Made by a program: the position numbers and the translations under genes | The notes under the pieces: model-generated | Seen by the model: only the letters and a program-made list of their open reading frames with translations | What the model was told of the DNA's origin: nothing | The model's database searches: none | From: an uncultured virus (IMG/VR IMGVR_UViG_3300046724_000456) | Lineage: Duplodnaviria > Heunggongvirae > Uroviricota > Caudoviricetes | IMG/VR virus record: IMGVR_UViG_3300046724_000456 | Reading direction: 5' to 3' (one strand) | DNA: 64,000 bases | Shown: positions 19,701-29,723 of the stretch, piece by piece | Numbering within the stretch: position 1 is the stretch's first letter | How the letters are laid out: each line of letters begins with the position of its first letter

Positions 19701-21179
19701 GCCGGTGCCAGCCACGACGCGACGTCGGTTCAGGAACTCGCGCAGGCACGCCAGGCCTACTTCTCCGGGATCCAGACCGCTGTCGCCGGCGACCTGCAGT
19801 ACGCGCTCGACTTCGCGAAAACGCCGGGTGAGAAAGGGGCTGCCTACTCGCAGGCGATCTCCAGGTACCAGGCCTTCGGTAGTAGCTCCGATGAATCGGC
19901 GACCAAGGCCGAAGCCAGCCTCAAGAAGCTGGTGCAGGAAAGAGAGAAGCTGCGCCGACGTCAGGCGTCACTGCCGCCGGAGACGCCGGGTAAGGACGTA
20001 CACCCTGAAGACATTGCGAAGGAACAGAACACGGCCAAAGCGATCCACTCGCTCGACTTGGAAATCCAGGCGGAGACGAAAAAGATCGGTGACATCAAAA
20101 AGAGTCAGGTCGAAAAGCGGCGCTTCATCAAAGACATCATCCAGCAGCTTCGCATCCAGGAGTACGAAGCCAACAGCGCACTTCGACAGGCTCAGGAGGG
20201 TGCGCGCGAGGCGCTCACCGCCAACCCTATCGTGCAGACCGAAGAGCAGATCAAGTTCCTCGGCGAACAGATTACGCGGGCGATCGGGATCTACGGCCGC
20301 GAGTCCCAGCAGGTGCTGACGTTGATCGCTGAACAGCGTCAGGCCCGTCAGCAACTCGCACAAAATCAGCTCTCACTCTTCCAGAGCAAGGGCGGCTTGG
20401 AAACGGCCGGAATCATCGAACAGATCCCGAAAGAGAAAGCCACTCTTCGCGGTGCCCACGGGCTCGAAGCACAACTCGCCTTCGTCAAATCTCACGAAAA
20501 CCAATTCGACCCGAAGACGCTGATTGACCTGGAGACCCAGGTAAAGGCGGCACAGGCTCAGCTCGCCTTCGACATCCAGCAGGAAGCCAACCAGACCAAA
20601 GATGCACACTTCCAGATCGAAGAGGCCCGGGCCACCGCTGGCGGGCACACTGTACGTGCAGCACAGATCGCCGTTCAACAGGCGCGTTACGACGTCGCCC
20701 ATGCACAGACTCCGCTCGAAAAACTGGGCGCGCAGCAGAACCTGATCCAGAGCTTGGCCTCCAAGCGAGACGCGGTCGCTCAGGCCCGACTGGAATCCAT
20801 CACCTTCGAGGCCAACATCTCAAAGATCACCACGCAGCAGGAGATCGAACAGCTCGAAACGTTGCTCCACACCTACAAACTGAGCCTGTCGATGCGCCGC
20901 CAGCTCCGCGAGCAGATCCACTCGCTCAAAGGTCAGCTCTCCAGCGAAGGTGAAAAGTTCAACCTCAACATCGGAGACTTCGCGCTGCCGACGGCCTATG
21001 ACATCCGGCGCGCGGTGCTCGGTGCCGGCGGTGGCCGCGGTGGCACGACCGTCACGCAGAACAACGAATTCCGTATCGAGAACCACTCGAATGATCCCGC
21101 CGTGCTCGGCCGTGCGATCGGTCACGCTCTCGGCCGCGGCGCGGAGTCCGCAGCGCGATCGGCAGGAGTAACCGCATGA
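16692..21179 (+). CDS. Tape measure protein
   Basis: 1495 aa, Ala/Gln-rich helical, TP901-like core (DVLDQVNQAQNNFGVS...ALITTGVKVTGQTGPTVGTAI). Confidence 0.92.
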   Translation: MPGSFDFGAFQKEAAQLLAQIRASGDKLAAIEREVKGGRATTSEVRARASEPVTAGGGGAGTTAEAEIRSRGLATDQLLAKQRELTTATRASSESERIMAQTMAQTSAGMQKSGALTNEFVDAAKRGEVTVRELGQQVAGTIAKFGGWIVAGSAVYFAFNALSAVKRGAIDAASGVNELQRVVNGVNTKKAEQEFQSLAGHFNLPIKEVADAAYEMGKVFNNQEEAFTAAKQVLYAVKIGELDTAAASRYLISIINGFHLPASRMADVLDQVNQAQNNFGVSTEDVLSGVAKASGAFHQASGEFKQYGRDYSYLLALITTGVKVTGQTGPTVGTAIARAPNFLRRPSNQEVLRQFGIEPNGPIEKVLNEAFKRVKTLTGKQVQELAAGIGGPQYGARVFTGLLSNYQKFKEVSEGTSPKASKGSAQRELQRQLGGVNEQITKLGVTLERIGEGLANSHLLDSLGGSLAVINQMLLGVNTLVQDFSKLPDFTQKFLAYLLQASIVLRLMRRFQVGESIAGGPGAQPGGVRGGVANFFGEGDRRYARLARTSLVNEQNALESERGRLGGQLGRAASEERYTGQGALRANQALIREQQRSGPLSTETAALQEKQIIAERAYVAAQETTRILKQKEASAAERLASVQASIGRVNKFGGRLNTKAAIEEAQKQNLPLPAGYGKGGVERPFRLGGTPLPSQQAELDAVKEMEKRGIVPPGLESETARATQATSGATGRLTGLGQKFGGLRGGLGKMGGAMSNLLGRAGELAFAAFTIGFLANTLTSVASSIGDEFEGITTSVTTAKAAAEQAKENATQATAGESFKERLTNAITEHTNLGPIPVPTLGLGGGKGVGEERAEVAALALTKYQDIQKLQDQERGSGKTVQYRYTSDIEKNIKEIEKSGKNRKEIRQALNKYDEQISQSAQALEGGAHAKGELEKAKTLLSKARVKSAASNELVEKLQLLTSKEISERLQASVTQLGGSLGQSYNAGAAKAAALKYQALVQKAGASHDATSVQELAQARQAYFSGIQTAVAGDLQYALDFAKTPGEKGAAYSQAISRYQAFGSSSDESATKAEASLKKLVQEREKLRRRQASLPPETPGKDVHPEDIAKEQNTAKAIHSLDLEIQAETKKIGDIKKSQVEKRRFIKDIIQQLRIQEYEANSALRQAQEGAREALTANPIVQTEEQIKFLGEQITRAIGIYGRESQQVLTLIAEQRQARQQLAQNQLSLFQSKGGLETAGIIEQIPKEKATLRGAHGLEAQLAFVKSHENQFDPKTLIDLETQVKAAQAQLAFDIQQEANQTKDAHFQIEEARATAGGHTVRAAQIAVQQARYDVAHAQTPLEKLGAQQNLIQSLASKRDAVAQARLESITFEANISKITTQQEIEQLETLLHTYKLSLSMRRQLREQIHSLKGQLSSEGEKFNLNIGDFALPTAYDIRRAVLGAGGGRGGTTVTQNNEFRIENHSNDPAVLGRAIGHALGRGAESAARSAGVTA

Positions 21180-21604
21180 GAGACAAGTTCACGGATCCGG
21201 CGACGGGCAAAAAATACGAATTCCAGACCGGTCACTCCAGTGAGGATGCGGTCGGCAAGGCGCGTGCGACAACGCTCAGCGCGAACACCGCCAACACCGG
21301 GCTCGTCAAGCAACAGGGCGACGTGCAGCCGCTGGTGCTCAAGTACCACGGCACGATCCGCCACAAGCACCAGCTCGAAGAATTCTGGGCGTGGTATGAG
21401 CTCTGCGAGACTCAGACGATTCACTTCACTGACTTCGCGGGCGAAGAGTACGAGGTCATTATCACTGAGTTCATGCCGTTGCGCAAACCGACCGTGAGAA
21501 ACCCGGCCGACCCAGTTAACGCTCCGCTTTGGTATTGGTCGTATGACCTGACGATGGAAGTGATCAGCGTCGTCTCAGGGGTCCTGGCGAACGTCACCCC
21601 CTGA
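21176..21604 (+). CDS. Distal tail (Dit-like) protein
   Basis: 142 aa directly after the TMP. Confidence 0.55.
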   Translation: MRDKFTDPATGKKYEFQTGHSSEDAVGKARATTLSANTANTGLVKQQGDVQPLVLKYHGTIRHKHQLEEFWAWYELCETQTIHFTDFAGEEYEVIITEFMPLRKPTVRNPADPVNAPLWYWSYDLTMEVISVVSGVLANVTP

Positions 21605-23724
21605 TGCCGACGGTTGACGAAATCGCCCTGCAGCGCCACCGTTGGCTGTCGATGGATCATGTCGGCAGCGCCCGGCCGGTGGTGCGCGCCTTCGTGCGCA
21701 AGGGCCACCTGGAGCGCAGCTATCGTCAGTTGCCAGACGACGAGGTTTTCGGCTACATCCCTGGCCTGCTCTCGCCCAACGACGTGTGGTACGGGCACTG
21801 GGTGGCGGACACAGACTACGTCGAGATCCCCAACATCAAGGACGCCAAAGGCGATCAGGACTATTCGCAGAACGGCATCGAACAGGTGACGATGACGCTT
21901 GACAACATCGCGATGATCGAAAAACACGGCAATCTTGGTGCGCTGTTCCACATGATCGACCGCGGTCACTACAGCCCTCAGCGCGGCCAGCGCTCCAATC
22001 GCGGTGAACAGACCGGCGTTAAAAACGAATGGTTCGACACCTGGAAGGACAAGTGCACCCAGATCATGATCCTGGGTGGATACGGCGAGGCGATCTTCCC
22101 GCTTCACCTGGGGCTCGTTGACAAGGTCGACCTGACGTCCCGGCCAGACCAGATCGTCGCGACGCTACGCAACATGGGTCAGTTCCTCACCGACCAGAAC
22201 GCCTTCATGGATGCAAAGAACCTCTGGCTGCGGGATCCGATCACCTTCGCCGATCGCGTCACGGTGCAGGAGGGTCCGAACGTCGCCAATACGGCGCAGG
22301 CGAAGTCACAAAAACCAGGCCAGCCCGCTCCCCTCGCGGTCGATGGTTCCAATAAGAGCGCTTGGGTCTCGGAAGGCCATGACGATCCACAGGAGATCGA
22401 GTGGATCGAGTTTCCGCTGCCGGAGGGTCACTACATCAAGCTGCAGATGTACCCGGCCTTCACCAGTCTCAACATGTTCATCTCCGTCTTCGCGAAAAAC
22501 CCGGCGGGTGGGGTGGCGCAACTCGGTGATTCCAATGTCGGAGAAGGATGGATCAACAACGGCATGGGGGTGGTGCCTGGGACCAGCATCCCGTTCGTCA
22601 ACGAAGTACCCGACATCCGCGAGGTGCTGACCACCTACCCGCTCACTCGCAGTGGCCAGAAGATCATCGGCGGTGACGGGACGACCGTGAGGCTGTGGTT
22701 CCGCAATCTACACCGCTCACCTACCGACAGCGGCAAATCCTTCACCAATCGCGCCGGCGTTCGTGAGTGCCGGATCTTCGATGCCTCTGTTCCGGAGTCG
22801 GCAAAAAAGGCACACTGGATCCTGGTCGACGACGTCACCGACATCATCAAAATGGTGTTGCAGTGGGTGGGCATCCACGACTGGGAGATCGAAAGCGCCG
22901 GAGTGCGACTCGCCGACAAGGTGGTCTTCGATCGCCAGAAAAAGCTGATCGACATCATCAACTATGTCAAGGAACAGATCGGCTACATCTTCTACGTCAA
23001 GCCGCCCGACGACTTCGATCTCAGCGACCTAACTCCCGAAAACGTCGCCAACCTGCATACGGGCACCGCGATCTGCCGGCAGTCGAGCTCGATGAAGCAG
23101 GATCCGCTCGACACGATTGAGAGCGTCCGCGATGACAATCTCCTGACCGGCGTGCAGGGCACCTTCGACGCCAACGTGCTCCCTGACTCGATCCGGGTCC
23201 GCGGCAAGGCGGTCGCCGACAAAATCGCCCGTCAGGATCCGTCACATGTCCACACCTTGGGAGAGGACCGAACGAAGCGCTTCCAGGCCAGCTACCGACC
23301 GGTCTGGGCTCGCGGTGAATCACATGGCGGCGCGCACCTGCGTCGGCCGGTGCTCCACTATGACTACACGCTCGATTCGATCTACCTCTGTGAGGTGGCG
23401 TGCCTGATGATCGCCTTCCGCGCCGCGGTCGAGGCAGGCAAAGGTGTAATCGAGATCCCGATGTGGCCGCTCATCCATCTCGACCACCAGACCCTGCTCT
23501 TCGATCGTGGGACAGGCTTGTCGACGCGGTTGTGGAACGTGCAGCGCACATGGAACTACGCGAGCGGCGATCACGTCGAATTCAAGCTCAACCTCGGCGG
23601 CAGCTTCATCGACGTCAATGACGTGATCGAAACGCGCGAAGAGCTGGAGGAACTGCTCAACGAAATGGGTGTGATGCCGTCGCCGATCGCCCGCGGACCC
23701 TGGACCGAACCGATCACCTTCTGA
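21604..23724 (+). CDS. Baseplate hub/Tal-like minor tail protein with inserted discoidin (F5/8C)-like domain
   Basis: 706 aa; PLAVDGSNKSAWVS...EWIEF motif typical of F5/8 type C domains. Confidence 0.65.
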   Translation: MPTVDEIALQRHRWLSMDHVGSARPVVRAFVRKGHLERSYRQLPDDEVFGYIPGLLSPNDVWYGHWVADTDYVEIPNIKDAKGDQDYSQNGIEQVTMTLDNIAMIEKHGNLGALFHMIDRGHYSPQRGQRSNRGEQTGVKNEWFDTWKDKCTQIMILGGYGEAIFPLHLGLVDKVDLTSRPDQIVATLRNMGQFLTDQNAFMDAKNLWLRDPITFADRVTVQEGPNVANTAQAKSQKPGQPAPLAVDGSNKSAWVSEGHDDPQEIEWIEFPLPEGHYIKLQMYPAFTSLNMFISVFAKNPAGGVAQLGDSNVGEGWINNGMGVVPGTSIPFVNEVPDIREVLTTYPLTRSGQKIIGGDGTTVRLWFRNLHRSPTDSGKSFTNRAGVRECRIFDASVPESAKKAHWILVDDVTDIIKMVLQWVGIHDWEIESAGVRLADKVVFDRQKKLIDIINYVKEQIGYIFYVKPPDDFDLSDLTPENVANLHTGTAICRQSSSMKQDPLDTIESVRDDNLLTGVQGTFDANVLPDSIRVRGKAVADKIARQDPSHVHTLGEDRTKRFQASYRPVWARGESHGGAHLRRPVLHYDYTLDSIYLCEVACLMIAFRAAVEAGKGVIEIPMWPLIHLDHQTLLFDRGTGLSTRLWNVQRTWNYASGDHVEFKLNLGGSFIDVNDVIETREELEELLNEMGVMPSPIARGPWTEPITF

Positions 23725-24188
23725 TGCCAGAGCCAGCCCTACAAGCACTGGAGCGTTCCTTCAAGGGGTTGCGCATCGGCGCGACTCTCGACATGCAGAA
23801 GCTGCAGGAGCGCGCAGAAAAGGACGGCCTGATCGAGCGCGAGGAGCAGTTCCACATCGCGGTGGCGGGCCTGGCCGAGGAGTTCTTCGCATGGACGACA
23901 ACGAAGATCAAATTCGCCACAGCGTTCGTCGACGCAACTGGCCAGAGAGATTCCCCCTTCGATCGCCCGCATATCTCCGTGGGGTGCGAGATCTATACAC
24001 CCGTACCGGTGGCGATCAACGCGGTGGTTATGGAATGGGAGACGACCGATCGGAATGAAACCGTAGGAGCCACCGTCGCGATCGGGGTGGCTAGCTCTGA
24101 CCAGACGACGAAGTTCAAGGGCGCTGTTCATCTGACGATTCAGGGGTACGGCGCGCCGATCAACACCTTCGACGAGACCGAACTGTGA
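23724..24188 (+). CDS. Minor tail protein
   Basis: 154 aa between hub and fibres. Confidence 0.55.
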   Translation: MPEPALQALERSFKGLRIGATLDMQKLQERAEKDGLIEREEQFHIAVAGLAEEFFAWTTTKIKFATAFVDATGQRDSPFDRPHISVGCEIYTPVPVAINAVVMEWETTDRNETVGATVAIGVASSDQTTKFKGAVHLTIQGYGAPINTFDETEL

Positions 24189-26779
24189 AAAAGACCCTCT
24201 TTGCCGGCTTGACGGTCCTCGAACCCGGGGAGGGTCTCGCGACCGACAATGGCGCGTTCGTCTCCGCCGATCCGCAGATCGAGGACCGGCTGCTGGAAAT
24301 CGGCGCGAAGACTCATAGGCACACCGGCCTGGCCGGGCTCTCAAACCCCTCCGGTGCGCCGGTAGCGAGCATCGTCGCCTCCGGTGGAGCCCTGCCCTCC
24401 GACCTGGCGATCTCGGTCGGCTACACGCTGGAGGATTCCCAGGGTGGCGAGACAATGCTCTCGCCCATCGCGGTCGTTAGCACGCCAGGCGGGCTCCCGG
24501 AGCCGCCAGCCGCTCCTAGCGCCCAGATCAGTCACGCGGCCGGGCAGCTCGCGGTCAACACCTATTACTACGCCGCGTCCTTCGTAGACGGCGAAGGCGG
24601 CGAGACCGAGCTCGGACCCGCGGTCAGCGCCGATCGTCAGCCCGGGTTCGCGTCAGGCCAGATCATTCTCACCCAGCTTTCCTTCGGCATGGCTGCGGCC
24701 GGAGCGGCAGGCTGGCGTCTCTATCGAGCGATCGGTGGCGACTCCTTTGACTTGCTTGCCACGGGCACAGCGGACGAATTTATTGACGATGGCACGCAGG
24801 CGGTGAGCTGCGATGTCCACCCGCCGGCGGGGGAACAGAACACGACGATCGGCAATTCGTCCTTGCTGGTGACACTGCCGTCGGCCGTCGCCGGCGAGAT
24901 GTTCATCAACGTCTATGCCTCGGTTGGCGGCGACTTCGGAGGCGGTAGCCTGCTCGGGCAGTTCCCTGTGGCCAGTGCCGGCCACATTGCCGTCTTCAGG
25001 ACGCTGGAATTCTTCGACGTCAGCCCGCCTCCCGTCAATCTGTCGATCGGCGGCGCGCATCAGATCGACCCGGATACCGAGCTCCTTGACTGGCACTGGA
25101 AGCGGCCCGTGCTGGCGTCGGGCGCGTTGGGTTCCGGCGTCACCGGCGATGTTCGGCTCGTAGAGGGCACTGGGCAGATCTACGCGGTCCTGCTGCCGTC
25201 TGCCGTCGCCTCAGGGGCGTCGGAATGGGTGAGGATCGCCAGCGCCGGCGGTGGCAGCGGTAGCGTCGGCCCACAGGGACCCGCCGGTCCTCAGGGTCCC
25301 GAAGGTCCAGCCGGGCCGAAAGGAGCCAGTGGAGCGAGTGGTGCGATTGGCCTGACAGGCCCCCAGGGTCCGGAAGGTCCGGCAGGTCCGAAAGGCGCAA
25401 GTGGTGCCTCCGGGGCGATTGGTCTGACAGGCCCAGAAGGGCAGACGGGCGGAATAGGTCCACAAGGTCCCATAGGGCCTGGCAACAGTTGGAAGCCGCC
25501 CGTCTTCGGATCGGCCTCTCTGGGCTCAGGTGTGCTTGGCGATGTCAAAATGGTTGAGCAAGAGGGGGAGATCTATGGTGTTCTTGGTGCGTCGGCGACC
25601 GTTGCGTCGGGATGGGTGAGGCTTAGTAGTGCTAGCTCGTTAGAAGCCAGCGCGACTCCAGGCTTCGTTAATCCAGTGCAAAAGTTGACTATTCGTGGCT
25701 CTGGTGTTGCAGGCGTAACTATCGAAAAACAGTCAGCAGGTAAAGCCCTAGTCACGGTTACCGTGCCGCCAGTGGCAGGTCCACAGGGCGCAACCGGAGC
25801 AAGCGGCGCTAGTGGGGCGATCGGGCTTACAGGGCCGACCGGAGCGAGTGGAGCTTCGGGTGCGATTGGGCTGACAGGTGCTGCGGGGCAAGATGGACCT
25901 GGCGTGTTCCTCTTCGAAGGCAGCAGTGTCTTCGAAAAACTAAACGAAGCCCTGCAGCAATCGATCCGCCGTAACAAAGAAAAATGGAGCGAAGTTACCG
26001 AAATCGGGATCAGTAATGAAGCCCAGAAAATGGGCACAATTACGAATCTCCTGGGTCAGGTCTCAGTAGGTGAGGTAATTCTTATCTATGACAGGACAGC
26101 TCCTACCTCCAAGGTGTCTCTCAGGGTCACGGGAATTACTTTCAATAACTTGAAAAACTCTCAGGTGTTCGCCGTTCAGGTGATTGAAAGCTCTGGTGTG
26201 ACGACATTCGGGAAACTCGGGTCCGAACTAGTGCTGGTCATGACCCTTCCTCCGCGCGACTTCGGCATAGTTGAAGCCCTCCCTACCGGTCCTACCCTCA
26301 CAAAGGGTGATCGTTGTCGATTCGTCGCCGATAAAACCAATGGAGTGATCTGGGATCTGGTCTACGACGGCGAAGGTGAATTTCCCTGGAAGAAGATTGG
26401 GGGACCTCCTCTTTACAACGAGGTGACGACCCAACAGGGCACAACATCGGCGACGTATGCCAACCTTACCACCGAAGGTCCATTCGTCACCACTCCGCTG
26501 AAAGGTGACTATGACGTTGAGATAGGTGCTGGACTGGGAAGCTTTACGGCCTCGGTCGAAGTGATAATGAGTTATGCAATCGGAGGGACTGGGGCCGCTG
26601 ATGCAGACGGCATCAAAGTATTCCCTGGCCCGAGCGGAGGATTCCATGGTTCTAATAGAAGGCGTCGGAAGACTGGCCTGGCAGCAAGCGCCAAACTTGT
26701 AGCAAAGTACAAAACGTCGGGTGGCGAAATGCTCGCCTACAACCGCTGGATAGCGATCGACCCCGTTCGAGTCGGCTAA
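24185..26779 (+). CDS. Tail fibre 1 with collagen-like repeats
   Basis: Gly-X-Y runs ([31 protein letters not shown]); N-terminal ~310 aa paralogous to the next gene. Confidence 0.85.
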   Translation: MKKTLFAGLTVLEPGEGLATDNGAFVSADPQIEDRLLEIGAKTHRHTGLAGLSNPSGAPVASIVASGGALPSDLAISVGYTLEDSQGGETMLSPIAVVSTPGGLPEPPAAPSAQISHAAGQLAVNTYYYAASFVDGEGGETELGPAVSADRQPGFASGQIILTQLSFGMAAAGAAGWRLYRAIGGDSFDLLATGTADEFIDDGTQAVSCDVHPPAGEQNTTIGNSSLLVTLPSAVAGEMFINVYASVGGDFGGGSLLGQFPVASAGHIAVFRTLEFFDVSPPPVNLSIGGAHQIDPDTELLDWHWKRPVLASGALGSGVTGDVRLVEGTGQIYAVLLPSAVASGASEWVRIASAGGGSGSVGPQGPAGPQGPEGPAGPKGASGASGAIGLTGPQGPEGPAGPKGASGASGAIGLTGPEGQTGGIGPQGPIGPGNSWKPPVFGSASLGSGVLGDVKMVEQEGEIYGVLGASATVASGWVRLSSASSLEASATPGFVNPVQKLTIRGSGVAGVTIEKQSAGKALVTVTVPPVAGPQGATGASGASGAIGLTGPTGASGASGAIGLTGAAGQDGPGVFLFEGSSVFEKLNEALQQSIRRNKEKWSEVTEIGISNEAQKMGTITNLLGQVSVGEVILIYDRTAPTSKVSLRVTGITFNNLKNSQVFAVQVIESSGVTTFGKLGSELVLVMTLPPRDFGIVEALPTGPTLTKGDRCRFVADKTNGVIWDLVYDGEGEFPWKKIGGPPLYNEVTTQQGTTSATYANLTTEGPFVTTPLKGDYDVEIGAGLGSFTASVEVIMSYAIGGTGAADADGIKVFPGPSGGFHGSNRRRRKTGLAASAKLVAKYKTSGGEMLAYNRWIAIDPVRVG
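25268..25480 (+). repeat. Collagen-coding tandem repeats (second block ~25778-25900)
   Basis: [24 protein letters not shown] occurs twice; [13 protein letters not shown] occurs four times in the gene. Confidence 0.85.
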
Positions 26780-26787
26780 GGAGAACC

Positions 26788-28185
26788 ATGAAAAAGACAC
26801 TATTCGCAGGCCTGACGGTTCTCGAACCCGGCGAGGGGCTCGACACAGACAGCGGCGCATTCGCCGGTCGCGATCGCGAGACCGTCGACCATCTCCTGGA
26901 AGTCGGCGCGAAGACCCACCGGCACACAGGACTCAATGGCCTGAGCTCGCCGGCGGCAGCGCTGGGAGCCGCAGTGGTCGCCTCGGGTGGCACCATCGGT
27001 GCAGACCTGGCCGTCTCCCTCGGCTACACGCTGGAGGACAACGCCGGCGGCGAGACGATGCTCTCGCCTGTCGCGTCGGTCAGCACGCAGCCGCCGCTGG
27101 AAGGCCCGCAGGCAGCACCCAGCGCCGCGTTCGACAGCGGTGGCGGCTCCCTGATGGTCAACACCTACTTCTACGGCGTGACGTTCACAGACGGTGAAGG
27201 CGGGGAGACTCCGCTCGGTCCGACGATCAACGTAGAGCGCCCGCCAGGCTTCGCCTCCGGCCGCGTGGACCTCTCCCAGCTCAACTTCGGCCTGGTGGCC
27301 GCGGGTGCGAAAGGGTGGAGGCTCTACCGAGCGACGGGCGGCGGCACGTTCAACCTGCTTGCGACAGGTAGCAGCGGGGAAGCGACATTTGTCGATGACG
27401 GATCGAAATCTGTCGAATGCAGCGTACATCCGCCAGCCGGGGAACAAAATACGACGCTGGGTATCAACACCTTGCTCGTCACGTTGCCGGCATCGGGAGC
27501 GCTCGGATCGGCGACGTTCATCAACCTGTATGCGTCGATCTCAGGCGACTTCGGGGGCGGTTCCTTCCTGCAGCAGTTCCCTGTCGCGAGCGCTGGCCAT
27601 GTCGTCGCGTTCTCGAAACTCGAACTCACTGCCATCAGCCCCCCGTCGGTGAACCTGTCGATCGGCGGCGCGCACCAGATCGACCCCGACACCGAGTTGC
27701 TCGACTGGCACTGGAAGAGACCCGTGGCCAATGTAGGGGCTCTACCCGCGAGCGCCGAAGAGGGCGACACACGCATGGTCTCTTCATTCTCCTCGCCGAC
27801 CGCCTACGTGTTCCACAACGGCAAATGGGAACCATGGCAGGCTGGCGGATCAGGAACAACCGGCCCGTGGGAAAAGATGACCCCACTCGAAAGCCCGTGG
27901 GTTGGGACGAAATCACCTGAATGGCCACCGGCGTTCAGGGTGAAGGGTGACACGGTCGAGCTGGCCGGCGCGGTCGCGTCGGGTGCAAACGGCAGCACTA
28001 TCTTCACCTTCCCGGTCGGGGCGAGGCCAGCGGCGAACATCCGTTTCGGGATAGGTGAGGGTGTGAATAACACTGGGATCACTCTCGAAGTCAAGACAAA
28101 CGGGAAGTTGATCTCGATCAATCATCAGAGTTCCATCTGCTACCTGAGCGGACTCTCATTCCCGCTGGGAGCGCCACCGCCATAA
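26788..28185 (+). CDS. Tail fibre 2 (paralogue of fibre 1)
   Basis: Shares [18 protein letters not shown]...[16 protein letters not shown] with fibre 1; distinct C-terminal domain (AFRVKGDTVELAG...IFTFPVGARP). Confidence 0.85.
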   Translation: MKKTLFAGLTVLEPGEGLDTDSGAFAGRDRETVDHLLEVGAKTHRHTGLNGLSSPAAALGAAVVASGGTIGADLAVSLGYTLEDNAGGETMLSPVASVSTQPPLEGPQAAPSAAFDSGGGSLMVNTYFYGVTFTDGEGGETPLGPTINVERPPGFASGRVDLSQLNFGLVAAGAKGWRLYRATGGGTFNLLATGSSGEATFVDDGSKSVECSVHPPAGEQNTTLGINTLLVTLPASGALGSATFINLYASISGDFGGGSFLQQFPVASAGHVVAFSKLELTAISPPSVNLSIGGAHQIDPDTELLDWHWKRPVANVGALPASAEEGDTRMVSSFSSPTAYVFHNGKWEPWQAGGSGTTGPWEKMTPLESPWVGTKSPEWPPAFRVKGDTVELAGAVASGANGSTIFTFPVGARPAANIRFGIGEGVNNTGITLEVKTNGKLISINHQSSICYLSGLSFPLGAPPP

Positions 28186-29603
28186 TGGAGTACGTTTTCG
28201 AAAATGGTACCCATCTACAGCAATCGCTGTGGGCGGAGGCCGTCGGACACCTCCTCAACCTGCCGTTGTCGGCGATCAATGTCAGTGTGGCGGTTAATTT
28301 CGTGCCGTCGATCGAATCAGGCCACACCGACCTGGCGCTCACGGCTTGGACCTATGGACACAGGAACGCGGACACCGAAGTCCGAGACGACGCGATCGCC
28401 TTCGGTCCGAACCAGGCCGCGCTTGAAGCAGAGGCTGCGGCCCTGGGGATCCCCTACTCCATCGAGAAGTTCTACATGGAGACGGCCATCCACGAGCTCG
28501 GGCACGCCTTTTTCGCGGCACTTCCCGAAGAACACCGAGTGGCAATCGCCCAAATGTTCGGCGCTCAGAGCGACGACATCAATGAACTGCAACCCGAAGG
28601 TGTGAAGTGGCAGGACCGGATCGCTGAGGGCATAGCCGAGACGTTCAAGGAGGCCTTCCTGCCGCGGCGGTTCAGGGTGTTCCCCAACCGCACCAACAAG
28701 AAGATCCCATACTCCAAGTTTCCTGAATTCAGGAAACTGTGGCGTGATGGTGCACCCCATGCCGGCAGCGAAGAAGAAACCGGTTCGCTCGAAGAAGAAA
28801 TGCGGGAACTCCCCATCCGTGATCTCCTGGAGACAGGGCCGAGGCTAAGTAATAACACTGAAGAACCACCCTCTTCAGCGGAACTGAGTGCAGACTGGGA
28901 GGAATGGAAGCCTGCTGAATTCATCGGCTGGGAGATGGCGACTGTCGCTAACCCCAACGTCGCATATCGAACGGTCCCGAACAACAGCGGCCAGCCCCAT
29001 CGACTACCAAAGGAAATAGGGGCGATATGGACCAAAGAACAGTTCGGCGGCAACGGTAATGGAATGGCCGTACGTGCCTTCGAGCGGTCTTTCAATACTC
29101 ACTTCGAAAGTGAAATCGAAGTGGACGGCGAAGTCCAAGTCTTCTTATCGGATGCGAGCCGCAACAGTGGTTACAAGCTAAGCGCGAGACGCACCCAACG
29201 GATAGGAGAATTTTATACCTTCGTCCTGCAGTTGGAGCGATGGGATGCAGGGAAACCGACCCTGCTTGGAAAAGCAACGATTACCACGGCGGTTAGCGGT
29301 ATTGGTGATCTCGGATTAAGCGTCGTCGGCGGTGTCGTAACTGTCTGGGCGGGCGCGCCGATCAGCGCCGTCTTCGAAGTTAAAGACAAAACCTACCGCG
29401 AAGGGTTCGGCGGGGTCGGCGTTCTCAGGGATGATCTCTTCCTGGGCCTCTCGGAGCCAAGCATCGCTGAATTCAGGGCCGGCAGCATCCCCGTGCCCAA
29501 ACAAGGGGAACGGGTCGAGGTTCCTTCACCAACGCTTCTGCCCGGCGGATCCGTCGGCGGCTCGCTACCGCACAAACGTCCAATCGTCGGCAATACCCAG
29601 TAG
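28185..29603 (+). CDS. Zincin metallopeptidase domain plus beta-sandwich domain, probably virion-associated
   Basis: AIHELGHAFF with downstream AEGIAETF; C-terminal lectin-like beta domain (KDKTYREGFGGV); TAATG-coupled to fibre 2. Confidence 0.62.
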   Translation: MEYVFENGTHLQQSLWAEAVGHLLNLPLSAINVSVAVNFVPSIESGHTDLALTAWTYGHRNADTEVRDDAIAFGPNQAALEAEAAALGIPYSIEKFYMETAIHELGHAFFAALPEEHRVAIAQMFGAQSDDINELQPEGVKWQDRIAEGIAETFKEAFLPRRFRVFPNRTNKKIPYSKFPEFRKLWRDGAPHAGSEEETGSLEEEMRELPIRDLLETGPRLSNNTEEPPSSAELSADWEEWKPAEFIGWEMATVANPNVAYRTVPNNSGQPHRLPKEIGAIWTKEQFGGNGNGMAVRAFERSFNTHFESEIEVDGEVQVFLSDASRNSGYKLSARRTQRIGEFYTFVLQLERWDAGKPTLLGKATITTAVSGIGDLGLSVVGGVVTVWAGAPISAVFEVKDKTYREGFGGVGVLRDDLFLGLSEPSIAEFRAGSIPVPKQGERVEVPSPTLLPGGSVGGSLPHKRPIVGNTQ

Positions 29604-29632
29604 TAGTCGGCGATATGTGTTAGGTTGCGCGC

Positions 29633-29658
29633 GCCGTCTGAGTCAAGGCGGCTTTTTT
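29633..29658 (+). terminator. Intrinsic terminator ending the tail operon
   Basis: GCCGTCT-gagtca-AGGCGGC followed by TTTTTT. Confidence 0.75.
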
Positions 29659-29723
29659 GTGCTCACTAACGGAGTACAACAGCCGGGGCCGGGAGGCCCG
29701 AACTACGCAAAGGGGGACACCCA

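Noticed and set aside
24185..28185. Diversity-generating retroelement or invertible fibre shufflon
   Set aside because: No reverse transcriptase, no adenine-specific TR/VR pair seen, both genes co-oriented and no adjacent invertase.
29604..29723. c-di-AMP (ydaO) riboswitch, often found before actinobacterial rpf genes
   Set aside because: The gap is short, partly occupied by a terminator, and lacks the conserved elements I recall for that riboswitch.
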